Positions 1 to 10,132 of a stretch of DNA of 64,000 bases are shown here, in pieces; the first letter of the stretch is position 1, and the number at the start of each line of letters is the position of its first letter. A program made the position numbers and the translations under genes. Under the pieces are notes generated by a model that did no database searches, had not been told where the DNA came from, and saw only the letters and a list, made by a program, of their open reading frames with translations. Origin of the DNA: an uncultured delta proteobacterium (lineage in GTDB: Bacteria > Myxococcota_A > Polyangia > Polyangiales > Polyangiaceae); contig CAWAIF010000003.1 of assembly GCA_963782055.1 (NCBI GenBank), positions 6,939,165 through 7,003,164 on the forward strand, given 5' to 3'.

Positions 1-3000
1 GAGCTGGTAGCGGGCGAAGAGCCCCGGCTGCGCGAGCACGAGCGGGGTCCTGGGGGGAAGCAGCGCGTCGGCGACAAGGTCCGCCGCGTCTCTCGCCAGC
101 TTCCGGAGCAGCGCCCACGTGTCGGGCGCGAGATCGGCCTCCGCGTCCGCCTTCTGGATCGCGGCGTCGTCGACCTCGTCCTTCGCCTGCAGGACGCGCA
201 TCTGCTCGATGAGCTCCCGGCTGATGTCGATGGGGGTCACCCCGAGCCTGGTGGCGAGGGCGAGGGTGGCTTCCTCCGCGCGGGCGGTGCGGACGCCCAC
301 TACGCGCAGGCCGCCGCGCTCCAGCGCGTTGCGCAGCCGGTCGTCGAAGTCGGCGGCGTGCTCGTCGATGCCCTTCGGTAACGAGGAAAAGCTCGTCCCG
401 AAGGAGGTGCCGGGCTCACGCTCGTCGGGGCGATGAAAGACGAGACCGTCGAAGGCGAGGCCGTGGGGCTCCAGGAGCGCGTCCAGGGCGGGCCGGGGAG
501 GTACGGGCTCCGCCTCGGGGTAGCGCGCCGCCACGCGGGCGGCGACGGCCTCCGGCGTGAGCTTGCCGCGGAGCAGCGGGGCGCAGAGGACGATGGCGCG
601 CGCGGCGGGCAGTCCCTTCCGGTAGATCTCTTGCCGGGTCGAGCACGCCGCGTGCGCGCTCACGTCGGTTCCAAGGCGCGCGAGGACGTCGGCGCCCAGG
701 CTCGCGAAGGGAGAGTCCTTCGCCGCTTCGACGAGGACCCGCGCGACCTCCCCCCACGAGGCCAGCACATCGCGATCGGCGAGGGCGTCGCACGCGGTCC
801 CGAGCGCGCGGAGCGCGGCGGCGTGCGCCTCGCTGGCGACAATCCACGGTCGATCGTGGATGCGCACGTAGAGCAGGCCCTCCGGCGCCTCCTTCTCGAC
901 CTCGGTGACGATGCGCACCAGCGCGGCGGCCCGCGCGAGGCTCAGCTCGGGCGGTGCGGCGCGGTCGTACGCGACACGCGCGAGGAGCGAGCTCGCGGCC
1001 TTCTCCAGCGTCAGCGCTCCCGCTCCTTCATCCAGCACGCCCCGCACCAGGGCCCTGAGCTCGGCGATGGAAGCGTGCTTCTCCCAGAGGGGACGGTACT
1101 CGCTCAGAGCCAAGTAGACGTTGGCGCGGGTCACATCGTGGTGGGTGGCGACCTCCGCGGCGCTCACGTCCAGTCGGCCCAGGAAGGGCTCGGCGAGACC
1201 GTAGACGGAGAGCACGTACTTCGCGCGCTTCTTCGCGGGCGAGAGCAGCACGTCCACCCAGCCCTCGATGGTGCTCGGGTGGGCGCGCTTGGCGGCGGCT
1301 CCGTTCTCCTTGGTGAGCAGCGCGTGCACGGCGGCGGCGTCGAACCCGTGACGCTCGGCGAGCTGCGTCACCGTCGCGGCGGGCGCGCCGGCAATCGCCC
1401 GGAGGGTACGGAGGCCCGCGTCGTTCAGCACGGTCGCCGCGAGGGGCTCGACGCCGAGCGTGCTGATGAGCAGGTCCTCGCCGCGGAAGCCCGCGAAGAA
1501 GGGCTCGACCGCCGCCGGCTCCAGCGGCGCGACCGCCGTCCAGACCGCCCGGAACTCCAAGATCTCCTTGGCGACGCGCGTCCCCACCCCGCGCACCGCA
1601 GAGAGGCGGTTGTCGGGCAGGGAAAGGAGGTCGCCGGCCACGGCGGCGCCGGCGCGGTCGAGGGCGTTGCGCGCGCGGGTGGAGAGAGGGAGCTGCTCGA
1701 GCGGTGCGGAAGGCCCGATCGCACGAAGCACCGCCTCGGACCACTCTTCGCGCGTGCCCGACTCGGTAGCGAGCACCTCCTCGGAGGTGGCGACCGCCGG
1801 GCGCGTCGCCGCGGGATGCTCCGACTCCGCACGGAAGACGCGTTCCCACGCCTGCCGCATCTGCTTCGCGCTCTCGAAGCGATGCTCGAGGTCGCGAGCG
1901 AGGGCTCGGGCGAAGAACCTGGAGAGGGGCTCGCGGCACGACGGGTCGAAGCGTTCCGCGGCGACGACGACCTCGGCGTCCGGATCCAGGTGGCTCTTGC
2001 CCTCGGCGAGGGTGGGCCGGACGCCGGTCAGCATCTCGTGGAGGGTGACCGCGGCGCTGTAGCGGTCTGCGGCGGGGTCCCACTTCCCGCGCAGGGAGAG
2101 GAAGGGATCGCGGTACGCGGTGGTCCCGACGTGAAGGTCCGAGGGCGCCGCGCGGACGAGGGAGAAGTCGAAGAGGGTGAGGCGGACGTCCTTCTTGGTC
2201 GTGGTCCCGACACCGAGGTTCGCCGGCTTGATGTCGCGGTGGACGATGCCCTCTTCCTGCAGGTACTCCAGCGCGCTGAGCAGGTCTTCCCCGAAGCGCG
2301 CCGCGTAGTCGAGGGACACCGGGCCCTCGGTGGCGAGGTAGGACTGCAGCGTCTTGGTGCCGGCGAGGGAGAGCAGCAGACACTCCCGCCCCCCGATGGT
2401 GCGCCGGTCCACGAGCTGCGTGATCCGCGGGTGCCGCAGCTTCGCGAGGGCCTCGCCTTCCTCGCGCAGGCGCTCGTCGTGCTCCTCGGAGAGGCTCACC
2501 TTGAGCGCGTAGGTCGCGGTGTCCTTCTCGCGCAGGACCTGGAGGACGCGACTGGTCGCGCCGTGGCCGAGCACGCCCTCGACGAGCAGGTCGCCGCCCA
2601 CCCATTCGTCCTTCCGGGCTTCCAGCGGGTCCACTTCGCTCGGCGGGGCAGCGGGCACGGGCTGGGCCTCGGTCGCGAGGAGCTCGACCCAAGTCACCAG
2701 ATCGTCCGCGCGGAGCGCCGGCGTGCGGGCGGTGGCCTCGCGCACCAGCTCAGCGACGCCGTCGGGCAGGTAGTCGACCGCCGCGCTCGGATCGAGGTTG
2801 CCGTCACGCACCAGGCGCGCGTCCATCTCGGCGAGGGTCAATCCGGGGGCCCTCCCGGTGAGGGCGAAGTACGCGACGGCACCCAGGCTGAAGGTATCGG
2901 TGAGCTCGCTGCCGCGCGTCGGGTCCTCGCGAAGCTCGGGCGCCTGGTACAGCGACCAGAACTCGCCGGCGAGCTGGGACCAGTGCACGGTGGCGCTCGC

Positions 3001-4110
3001 CCGATCGCCCTCGGCGAGCTGGAAGTTGAAGAGCCGCGTGTCGATGCGCCCGTCGTCCGGATGACGGCGGACCAGGACGGCGTCGGGGCTCAGCGCGCGG
3101 TGCACCACGCCCTTGCCGTGGCAGAAGCAAAGCGCGCGACCCACCTGACACACGATGGCGGCGCGCTCCTCCACGCTCAGGCTCGCCTCCTGGCGCAGGA
3201 ACGCCGGGAGGGGGATCCCGCCGGCGAAGTCGTCGAAGAGGACCGTGGGGCCCAGCGGCGCGTCGGTCTCGTGGTCGATGAAGGAGAGGATGTTCGGGTG
3301 CTCGCGCAGGCCGTAGAGGAGCTGCGCCTCGCGCTCGGCGGCGCGGCGAAGCTGCTGCCGGCGCTCCACGCTGGTCTGCTGCGGCACCAGGTAGACGCGC
3401 GCGCGCCGACGCATCCCTTCGAGGGTACGGTGCTCGGCCGCGCGATCCTGGAAGCCGGGCCCCTCGAGCAGCACCTGGCCGAGCGCGTACTGGCCGGCGT
3501 AGGTCTGGCCCTTGCGGCGCTGCAGGCCGATGGCCGCCATCGCCTGGACGATGTCGCGCATCTGCGGCGCGTTGATGCGAGGGGGCTTCTGGTTGGGGTT
3601 CGCGCCGACGAACTGGTGCTGCACGAGCGCGTCGCGCAACGTCGACCGGGTCACCACCCGCACCTCGCCACCGTCACGCAGATCGATCTGCAGCTCGTCC
3701 TCGGGCGCGCTCAGGAACACCAGCGCCTCGATCCACGGCGCGCGGTGCGCCTGCATCTTCTTCTCGAGCCGGCTCTTGAGGACCTTCGCCTTGTGGTTGG
3801 TGAGGCGAAGCGGCGGATCCATGTAGCGAGGCTTGCCTCCGTCGGGAGGGAAGCGGTGCCAGTCGACGCTGTCCCCGGCGTAGCGGCCCGGGCCGCTCTT
3901 GACCTCGATCAGGTAGAGCGCCGAGTACCCGAGGACGATGAGATCGATCTCGTAGAGGCGCCCCGTCGGAGGGTCGATAAGGTCGCACAGCGCCCACAGG
4001 TGATACGGATCGGTGTTCGGGAGCTGCTGGCCGACGAAGTCGATCGCCGCGCGCTCGTGGGCATGAGGGGTCTCGCCCTGCTCGACGATGCGTGACTTCT
4101 CCAGCGCCAT
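1..4110 (-). CDS. pglW: BREX type 2 (Pgl) serine/threonine kinase PglW, 3'-truncated by the window edge (about 1370 codons visible)
   Basis: Manual translation from ATG 4110 (GGAGGAG SD upstream). NERD-like N-terminus MALEKSRIVEQGETPHAHERAAIDFV...YEIDLIVLGYSALYLIEVK, pseudo-kinase VVHRALSP...LFNFQL, kinase GIVHRDIKPA...LFDFS, and RNAP alpha-CTD-like LSTRARNALDRAGA...VRGVG. Absent from the ORF track because it has no in-window stop. Confidence 0.9.
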   Translation of the reverse strand, partial: MALEKSRIVEQGETPHAHERAAIDFVGQQLPNTDPYHLWALCDLIDPPTGRLYEIDLIVLGYSALYLIEVKSGPGRYAGDSVDWHRFPPDGGKPRYMDPPLRLTNHKAKVLKSRLEKKMQAHRAPWIEALVFLSAPEDELQIDLRDGGEVRVVTRSTLRDALVQHQFVGANPNQKPPRINAPQMRDIVQAMAAIGLQRRKGQTYAGQYALGQVLLEGPGFQDRAAEHRTLEGMRRRARVYLVPQQTSVERRQQLRRAAEREAQLLYGLREHPNILSFIDHETDAPLGPTVLFDDFAGGIPLPAFLRQEASLSVEERAAIVCQVGRALCFCHGKGVVHRALSPDAVLVRRHPDDGRIDTRLFNFQLAEGDRASATVHWSQLAGEFWSLYQAPELREDPTRGSELTDTFSLGAVAYFALTGRAPGLTLAEMDARLVRDGNLDPSAAVDYLPDGVAELVREATARTPALRADDLVTWVELLATEAQPVPAAPPSEVDPLEARKDEWVGGDLLVEGVLGHGATSRVLQVLREKDTATYALKVSLSEEHDERLREEGEALAKLRHPRITQLVDRRTIGGRECLLLSLAGTKTLQSYLATEGPVSLDYAARFGEDLLSALEYLQEEGIVHRDIKPANLGVGTTTKKDVRLTLFDFSLVRAAPSDLHVGTTAYRDPFLSLRGKWDPAADRYSAAVTLHEMLTGVRPTLAEGKSHLDPDAEVVVAAERFDPSCREPLSRFFARALARDLEHRFESAKQMRQAWERVFRAESEHPAATRPAVATSEEVLATESGTREEWSEAVLRAIGPSAPLEQLPLSTRARNALDRAGAAVAGDLLSLPDNRLSAVRGVGTRVAKEILEFRAVWTAVAPLEPAAVEPFFAGFRGEDLLISTLGVEPLAATVLNDAGLRTLRAIAGAPAATVTQLAERHGFDAAAVHALLTKENGAAAKRAHPSTIEGWVDVLLSPAKKRAKYVLSVYGLAEPFLGRLDVSAAEVATHHDVTRANVYLALSEYRPLWEKHASIAELRALVRGVLDEGAGALTLEKAASSLLARVAYDRAAPPELSLARAAALVRIVTEVEKEAPEGLLYVRIHDRPWIVASEAHAAALRALGTACDALADRDVLASWGEVARVLVEAAKDSPFASLGADVLARLGTDVSAHAACSTRQEIYRKGLPAARAIVLCAPLLRGKLTPEAVAARVAARYPEAEPVPPRPALDALLEPHGLAFDGLVFHRPDEREPGTSFGTSFSSLPKGIDEHAADFDDRLRNALERGGLRVVGVRTARAEEATLALATRLGVTPIDISRELIEQMRVLQAKDEVDDAAIQKADAEADLAPDTWALLRKLARDAADLVADALLPPRTPLVLAQPGLFARYQL

Positions 4111-4118
4111 CTCCTCCG

Positions 4119-4817
4119 TCAGGCTCCCTGCGCGAGCGCGAGCGCCCAGCGCCGATCGTCGGTGGACGCGTCGTCGGACACCAGGGCGCGCCGGGGGGCC
4201 AGCGTCTCGACGGCTTCGTCGGCGGCGAGGACCCGAACCGGCTGGTTCACGTTGAGCCAGGCCGGGGCGAGCGCGACGAGCTGGCGTGCTGCCGGCGGCG
4301 TCGCGACGGCGTAGACCTGGCGAAGCCACCCGAGATCGCTGCTCTCCCCGAACGCCGCGAGCGCGCTCGCGATCGCGCTGGGCCCGGCGACGAGCAGCCT
4401 GTCCGTCGGACCGAGCGATCCGACGGAGAACGGGCTCAGCTTCGTCTCCCAGGCGGCGGCGACCGCGTCGAGCGCCGCGCCGAGCGTGGTAGGCGCGGGT
4501 TCGGCGGCGGTGGCGCGCCAGACCTCCTCGCCGTCGACAGGATCGAGCGGCGCCCACTCCGCACCGAAGGGATCGTCCTCCGCCACGTCGTCCAGCCGGA
4601 ACACCGCCCGCGCGCCCAGCGCCCCGGGCCACTCCGCGTTCGCGTCACGGATGAGCAGATCGATGCGATCGGAGGTGATGAGGTCCCCTCGAAGTGCGGC
4701 CCAGCGCGCGTCGGCCTCGGTGCCGAAGCGGCGTCCGGTGGGGCGGCGCTGCTCGACGAAGCGAAGCGCGCGGAGCGCTGCCCGGTAGTAGGCGAGAGCG
4801 TCGGAGGGCGACACCAT
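4119..4817 (-). CDS. Uncharacterised protein immediately upstream of pglW
   Basis: 232-aa ORF with normal codon usage; its stop lies 8 nt before the pglW ATG and pglW's SD sits in that gap. Confidence 0.8.
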   Translation of the reverse strand: MVSPSDALAYYRAALRALRFVEQRRPTGRRFGTEADARWAALRGDLITSDRIDLLIRDANAEWPGALGARAVFRLDDVAEDDPFGAEWAPLDPVDGEEVWRATAAEPAPTTLGAALDAVAAAWETKLSPFSVGSLGPTDRLLVAGPSAIASALAAFGESSDLGWLRQVYAVATPPAARQLVALAPAWLNVNQPVRVLAADEAVETLAPRRALVSDDASTDDRRWALALAQGA

Positions 4818-4952
4818 TGGAGTGTCGGCCAGGGTAGACGATTTTGCGACCGGGAAGGAGAGCGAGGGCGGGGAGCGGGCCCGCCCCCGCTACAGGCGCG
4901 GAAAGCGCCTAGTTCGTTGCGAGGCACCGTGCGGTGGGCGGCCGAGCCTGCA

Positions 4953-5771
4953 TCACCGCGCGTGCGCCCATGCCCCGCGACGCTCGCGATAGTGCCGGGC
5001 GATGACCTCGCGCACGATGCTCGCGTCCAAGATGCGGAGACGACCTCCGCTCGCCGCAGTGACGATGCCGGCGAACTCGTGGATGCCTGCCTCGACGTGG
5101 CCGACGAACGCGGCGCCCCCGCTCAGACCAGCGAGGTCGCCGGTGGCCCGGTCGGGGGGCACGAGGCACTCGTAGATTCCACGCGACTCGGTGGGCCCCA
5201 GGAACCTGCAGTCGCAAAGGAAGCGTTGGACCTGAACCGTCAAGGAGTGGTGGTCCATCTGGTTCTGCACGCTGCGTGGGAAACCGTGCACACGGACGAT
5301 CTCGCCTGGACGGACGTCACGGAGCGCGGCGAGGCGCCAGCGGTCGATCTCGACAGTCGTCTCGGGCGGCGGCACGCCGTCGGCGCAGCGCATGACCAGC
5401 AGATCGGTCCAGGCGGTGTCTTCGTCGCCGGGGGGAGCATCCACGGTCACACCGAGGCTCGTGGCAAGGCGCTCGCCCAGGCTGTCGAGGGTGCGAGGTA
5501 CGAAGAGATCTGCTGGCTGGAGCCGATGGTTCCTGAGCACGTGGCGCGCGGTCGCGATCCAGCTCTCTCCGCGGTAGGTGATGAGCGTCGCCGTGGCGGG
5601 AGGGAAGAAGAGCTCGTAGCCCGGCACGCGCGTTTCCCCGAAGATGGGGCGGACGACATCACGCGCGGCGTCCAGGGTGATGGACCTCGCGCGAGGTAGC
5701 CGACGCCGACCATGGCACTCCGTGAAGGTGCGCCCGCTATCGCAGAAACAGAGAATCCGAGCGGTCATCAT
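4953..5771 (-). CDS. SEC-C motif + trypsin-like serine protease domain protein
   Basis: N-terminal CFCDSGRTFTECHG (SEC-C pattern CxCxSG...CHG), then ATARHV (His), WTDLLV (Asp), GFP and GLSGGA (Ser). Start re-assigned to ATG 5771; the track's 5' extension overlaps the opposite-strand gene. Confidence 0.75.
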   Translation of the reverse strand: MMTARILCFCDSGRTFTECHGRRRLPRARSITLDAARDVVRPIFGETRVPGYELFFPPATATLITYRGESWIATARHVLRNHRLQPADLFVPRTLDSLGERLATSLGVTVDAPPGDEDTAWTDLLVMRCADGVPPPETTVEIDRWRLAALRDVRPGEIVRVHGFPRSVQNQMDHHSLTVQVQRFLCDCRFLGPTESRGIYECLVPPDRATGDLAGLSGGAAFVGHVEAGIHEFAGIVTAASGGRLRILDASIVREVIARHYRERRGAWAHAR

Positions 5772-5858
5772 ACGTGCGGCCGGTGGGTCCCCCGGGCGTC
5801 TGGCTCGTAGGAGGATGGCAGGCGTGATACTACCACCTCGTAGACTCAGGAGGTTAGG

Positions 5859-7508
5859 ATGGAGATACGGGTCCGACGTTATTCGCTTGACCAGCTGCGA
5901 CGGCTCTTCGACGAACGGCTGCTCGCGGTGCCAGAGATCCAACGCGAATTCGTCTGGGACGCCCGGAAGGTATGCGCGCTGCTCGACAGCCTCTATCGTG
6001 GCTACCCGATAGGGTCGGCGCTCGTCTGGCAAACGACGAGAATGAACCACACCCAGCTCCGCGAGAAGCTGCACATTCTTCCGGCCTACGACCCCAGCAA
6101 TCGCGAGATCTGGTTCATCGTGGACGGGCAGCAGCGGCTCTCCGTTCTCTACAACATCCTCGGTGGAGAGCGACGGACCGTGCGCAGCCACCGCGGCCGC
6201 ACCATCGCCTTCGACCGGTTCTACTTCTACACCGGCTCGCCGAACGACGAGATGGAGCCCTTCGTGTATCGCCAGGGGAAGCCCGCTCGGGGCTACGTGC
6301 CGGTGGTCGACGTGCTCGGCGATCGGCGTCACCGGGGACTCCGCCTTGGCCGCCTCGCCACGCGACGTGCGGATGACTGTCGCTCCCGTCTGCTCGGCGC
6401 CACCTTCTTCCTCCAGGTCATGTCCGCCGACCGGCTCGAGGACGTGCGCGAGACCTTCATCCGGATCAACGCTCAAGGCACGCCGGTGAACAGCGCCGAC
6501 AAGGCGTTCGCACGAGCATCGGACCTCCAGGTTCGCCACCACGTCCGCAATGCGATCGCACGGCTGCACCCCGCGGGCTTTGGAGAGCTCTCTGACGAGG
6601 TCATTCTCTCGGTGCTCGCCTTCCTCCTCGGTGGCGGTGACATCGCCGGCCGCGCCTGGGAGCGGATGGTCCGGCAGATCGAGTCAGGTGAGATCTCCCG
6701 GCGAGACTTCGATCGTGCGTGGCACGCCCTCGAGCGAGGTCTTCCCTACGCCATCGATTACCTCCGGTCCCAATTCGGCGTCGCGCATCATGGCCTCCTT
6801 CCTTCAGGCCAGCTCGTGGCGCTGCTGACGCTGTACTTCGCCCGGCGGGGACCCAAGCGGCCCTCGCGTGAAGCAGCCAAGCTCCTCCGACGGTGGTTCT
6901 GGCTCGCGGCCGTCTCCGATCGGTACAGCGGCCGTGGGTACCGGAAGCACCTGGCGAGCGACGCGAGCTTCATGAGCCGTCTGGCCGAGCGCGGGACAGC
7001 CCGCCTGGCGGTGGACGAGCTGCCGCCGCTCCGAGATCTCCGGCACGCGGAGTACTCGGCGCGCTCCTCGCTGTCGCGCGCATACTTCTGCCTGCTCGCG
7101 CTGCAGAAGCCTCGCTACCTGGAGGATGGCAGCCTCGTCCCAACCGAAGCCTACGTGAGCCCCGCGAACCGCCCGGACCGGCACCACATCTTCCCGCGCC
7201 ACCACCTTCTTCAACATGGGTTCGGTGCGCGCTACTACAATGCCATCCCGAACGTGTGCTTGCTCGTCGCGCGCGAGAACCAGAGCATCGGCTCCAAGCC
7301 GCCGCGAAAGTATCTGGAAGACGTCTCGCAATCGCTACGCGCACGACGGGTCGCGCTTCGGAGTCATCTGATCCCCGACGGCCCCACTTCGGCGGTGTGG
7401 GCACCGAACACGCGGGGTTCCTTCCCCGCGTTCCTCGACGAGCGCGCGACCGTGATCGCCAAGGCGTTCGAGGACCAGGCGGGGATCCGACTCTTCCGGC
7501 GCGACTGA
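5859..7508 (+). CDS. DUF262/GmrSD-like restriction endonuclease domain protein with C-terminal HNH-like domain
   Basis: PEIQREFVW, LLDSLYRGYPIG, IVDGQQRL, FIRIN..G motifs; C-terminal HHIFP...N...N. Confidence 0.9.
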   Translation: MEIRVRRYSLDQLRRLFDERLLAVPEIQREFVWDARKVCALLDSLYRGYPIGSALVWQTTRMNHTQLREKLHILPAYDPSNREIWFIVDGQQRLSVLYNILGGERRTVRSHRGRTIAFDRFYFYTGSPNDEMEPFVYRQGKPARGYVPVVDVLGDRRHRGLRLGRLATRRADDCRSRLLGATFFLQVMSADRLEDVRETFIRINAQGTPVNSADKAFARASDLQVRHHVRNAIARLHPAGFGELSDEVILSVLAFLLGGGDIAGRAWERMVRQIESGEISRRDFDRAWHALERGLPYAIDYLRSQFGVAHHGLLPSGQLVALLTLYFARRGPKRPSREAAKLLRRWFWLAAVSDRYSGRGYRKHLASDASFMSRLAERGTARLAVDELPPLRDLRHAEYSARSSLSRAYFCLLALQKPRYLEDGSLVPTEAYVSPANRPDRHHIFPRHHLLQHGFGARYYNAIPNVCLLVARENQSIGSKPPRKYLEDVSQSLRARRVALRSHLIPDGPTSAVWAPNTRGSFPAFLDERATVIAKAFEDQAGIRLFRRD

Positions 7509-7665
7509 ATCGCGCGTACGGAGCGCCGTGAGTCTGGACGCTCATGTGCCCGGGCCGTCGCCTATGTGACGGAGGTGGTCGGCCGGGAGCTCCCGCAAAC
7601 CCAGCCTCCGGTTGAGCGCGTTCGTCAGCGCGCCGCCCGCAAGACCTGAGCGTGACCCGCCGGGC

Positions 7666-9110
7666 CATGCCCGATCTCTTAAGCACCGATCGCCCCAAGT
7701 TTGAGGGCGATTCGTTTCCTGGAGCGTGAAGGTTGTCGTTCGCGTGCCAGAGCGACGAGTGCCGCGCCCACGGTGGTCACGACGGCAGTCCACGCGGCGG
7801 TGCTCAGGGAGACGAGGGCGTCGACCAGGTCCCGCGCGTAGGCGCGCACGACGTGCAACGTCGCCAGGGGGCGCAGTTGCTCGAGAGGGACGTCGCGCGC
7901 GAGTGCAGCCTGGATCCTGACCGAGCGCACGAGCGCGTGGGCGAGCATCGCGCCGTAGGTGAGCGCCTTGATCGCGTGGGGATCGGCGGTGAAGGAGCGG
8001 CCGAGGTCGGCGGTCTGCTTCAGCTCGCGAAAGAGCAGCTCGATCAGCCAGCGGAGTCGGTAGGTCTGGATGATCTGCCGTGGCGAGAGCACGCTGCGCG
8101 GCACGGTGGTCAGGTACCAGCGGATGACGGTCGACTTGTGCGCGAGTCCCACGAGCCGCAATGCGACGGTGTCCTTGCCCTTGCCCCACGTCACGTCGAG
8201 GTCGAAGATCGTCCCGCGCTTGCGCGACACGCTCTGCAGGTAGTAGCCAAGCGACCAGTTGTGGAGCGGGGTGTGGCCGTTCTCCGAGATGTGCGCGGTC
8301 ACGCGTACCTTCGCCGTGGTCTTGAGGCGCATCAGCACGTGCGCGCCGGCAGCCTTCGCCTGGGTGAACAGAGCGCGCTCGAAAAAGCCGAGGTCGAAGA
8401 GGTAGAGCACCCCGCGCGTGAAGCTCGGGACCAGCTTCCGCCACAGCGGCGTCTCCGACGCGGTCTCCGCGTCGGAGACGCCGTGCTCGAGCAGGCCGGT
8501 CTTGATGCTGTAGCCCATCACCCACTTGGTGCCGGCCTTGCCCTTGGTGCATCCCGGCAGCAGCTCGCGCCCGCGCGGTGGCACGCGCTGCCCCGTACCG
8601 TCGTAGACCCGCACGTCCTCGAAGCGGGCGAGCGGCCCGCTCAGCTCCAGGCCCGCCGCCTTCGTCACTGACGCCACGAGGTGCTCGAGCGCCGCGCGGA
8701 AGAACGCCGCCGCCGACTCCTGCTTGAACCGCTTCTGGAACGGGCACGGGCGCATGAAGCCGAAGCGCCTCACGAAGATCGCCCGCAGCGACTCGAACGA
8801 CAGCGTCTGGCCCGCGAGGAACCCCTCGACGACCGTGAGCACCAGGCGGAACGCGGTGGCGCGCCGCTGCCGCGGGTTGTAGCCGGTGCGGCCCCGAAGC
8901 TCGTCGATGACCGCCGGCGTGAAGGTCCGCTGCAGCTGCTCCTCCACCGCGCTCGCCTCTTCGCTCGGGTCTGGACGGCTGCTCGTGGCTCGGGTAGCTC
9001 TCGTCGTCATCGGGCGTCCTCTCCTTGTTGGTGTCGCAACCGAACAACGAGAAAGGCGCCCGATTTATTTCCATCATTCCGCCACGTTATGTCCAAAGGA
9101 TCTGGCCATG
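7666..9110 (-). mobile_element. IS4-family insertion sequence (1445 bp)
   Basis: Imperfect terminal IRs CATGCCCGATC / CATGGCCAGATC; exact 10-bp target duplication CCCGCCGGGC at 7656-7665 and 9111-9120. Confidence 0.9.
7679..9010 (-). CDS. IS4 family DDE transposase
   Basis: VYDGT, LFDLGF and YRLRWLIELLFRELKQ (IS4 YREK signature). Confidence 0.92.
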   Translation of the reverse strand: MTTRATRATSSRPDPSEEASAVEEQLQRTFTPAVIDELRGRTGYNPRQRRATAFRLVLTVVEGFLAGQTLSFESLRAIFVRRFGFMRPCPFQKRFKQESAAAFFRAALEHLVASVTKAAGLELSGPLARFEDVRVYDGTGQRVPPRGRELLPGCTKGKAGTKWVMGYSIKTGLLEHGVSDAETASETPLWRKLVPSFTRGVLYLFDLGFFERALFTQAKAAGAHVLMRLKTTAKVRVTAHISENGHTPLHNWSLGYYLQSVSRKRGTIFDLDVTWGKGKDTVALRLVGLAHKSTVIRWYLTTVPRSVLSPRQIIQTYRLRWLIELLFRELKQTADLGRSFTADPHAIKALTYGAMLAHALVRSVRIQAALARDVPLEQLRPLATLHVVRAYARDLVDALVSLSTAAWTAVVTTVGAALVALARERQPSRSRKRIALKLGAIGA

Positions 9111-10132
9111 CCCGCCGGGCCGAGGAGGTACAGATCGCTCCCGGGGGCGGATTGGACCACCCGTGCGACTTCCCAGGGCTCTAGTCCCACCGAACGTGCC
9201 ATTTCCATGTCGTCGGCAAACGCGGCGAGCCGGCGACTCGTCCATTCGGTGGTCGCCCGGGCGATGTGAAGCTGGGAAACGGTCTGCGCCAGGCTAGCCT
9301 GAAATTGGGCAACGACCATCGGCCCCGCCTCGCATGCCGCATCCGAACGACTTCTGAAGGCGGCGACAGGGTCGGGCGTCATGTTCTCTACTAGTTCACT
9401 TGCGCAGGAGGCGGCAGCGTGGCGAAAGGCGCCTTCGTCGCCGACGATGAACTCAGCCTGAATCTCCCCAATGGCCGCAGCAACGTAGCGGCCCTGAAGT
9501 TCGAGGACGGACGCCAGGGGGACTTGAAGATCCTGCCAAGGGTCCGCATGGCACCAGAGTTCAATGTAGAGCTTCCGTGACTCCTGAAAAAGGCGCCGCG
9601 CGTCGGTCGCAAGCTCCCGCCGCGTCGCCGGGGAATTGGCGGCGATCGCCCTCTCAAGCGACTCCGCTGCTGCCATCATCCGCGCGACAGACAGTGCCTC
9701 GACGTGCACGTGTAAACGATCAACGGAGGCGCGAAGGCGGTCGATCTTCGCGAGGACGTCATCGAGCTTGCCATCGATTCGGGAAAGGCGATGCAGGACG
9801 ACCGCAAATCCGGCGCACGAGACCGCAAGGTTGGCAACGCTTGCGAGCGCGCCAATCGTTGACGTGACCTCCAACGCGTCGAGGGCCGGCTGGATCCTCG
9901 ACATCGCGTGCGATGCTGCCATCGCCCGTCTCGCCCCTGACACGCTAAGCGGAAGGTTCGCCAGCTGCCGGGACAATTCGGCGCCCTGAACGGGGTAGAG
10001 CGCGTCGGCGAAACGGCCTGTCGCACGCCAGCACACGCGGTTCGCCGCCTTGTTGATATAGACAACGCCCTTCTCAAGCAGTGGGAGCCACTTAGCAGAC
10101 GGATATAGGTACTGCGCGTAGTCGGTGATCAT
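9074..10132 (-). CDS. Uncharacterised membrane-anchored coiled-coil protein; C-terminus altered by the IS4 insertion
   Basis: ATG 10132 overlaps the upstream stop (ATGA); hydrophobic segment IGALASVANLAVSCAGFAVVL followed by heptads RLSRIDGKLDDVLAKIDRL. Confidence 0.75.
   Translation of the reverse strand: MITDYAQYLYPSAKWLPLLEKGVVYINKAANRVCWRATGRFADALYPVQGAELSRQLANLPLSVSGARRAMAASHAMSRIQPALDALEVTSTIGALASVANLAVSCAGFAVVLHRLSRIDGKLDDVLAKIDRLRASVDRLHVHVEALSVARMMAAAESLERAIAANSPATRRELATDARRLFQESRKLYIELWCHADPWQDLQVPLASVLELQGRYVAAAIGEIQAEFIVGDEGAFRHAAASCASELVENMTPDPVAAFRSRSDAACEAGPMVVAQFQASLAQTVSQLHIARATTEWTSRRLAAFADDMEMARSVGLEPWEVARVVQSAPGSDLYLLGPAGMARSFGHNVAE

Noticed and set aside
433..4095. 1220-aa plus-strand ORF
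   Set aside because: In-register antisense shadow of pglW; no motifs, while the minus frame has NERD and kinase motifs.
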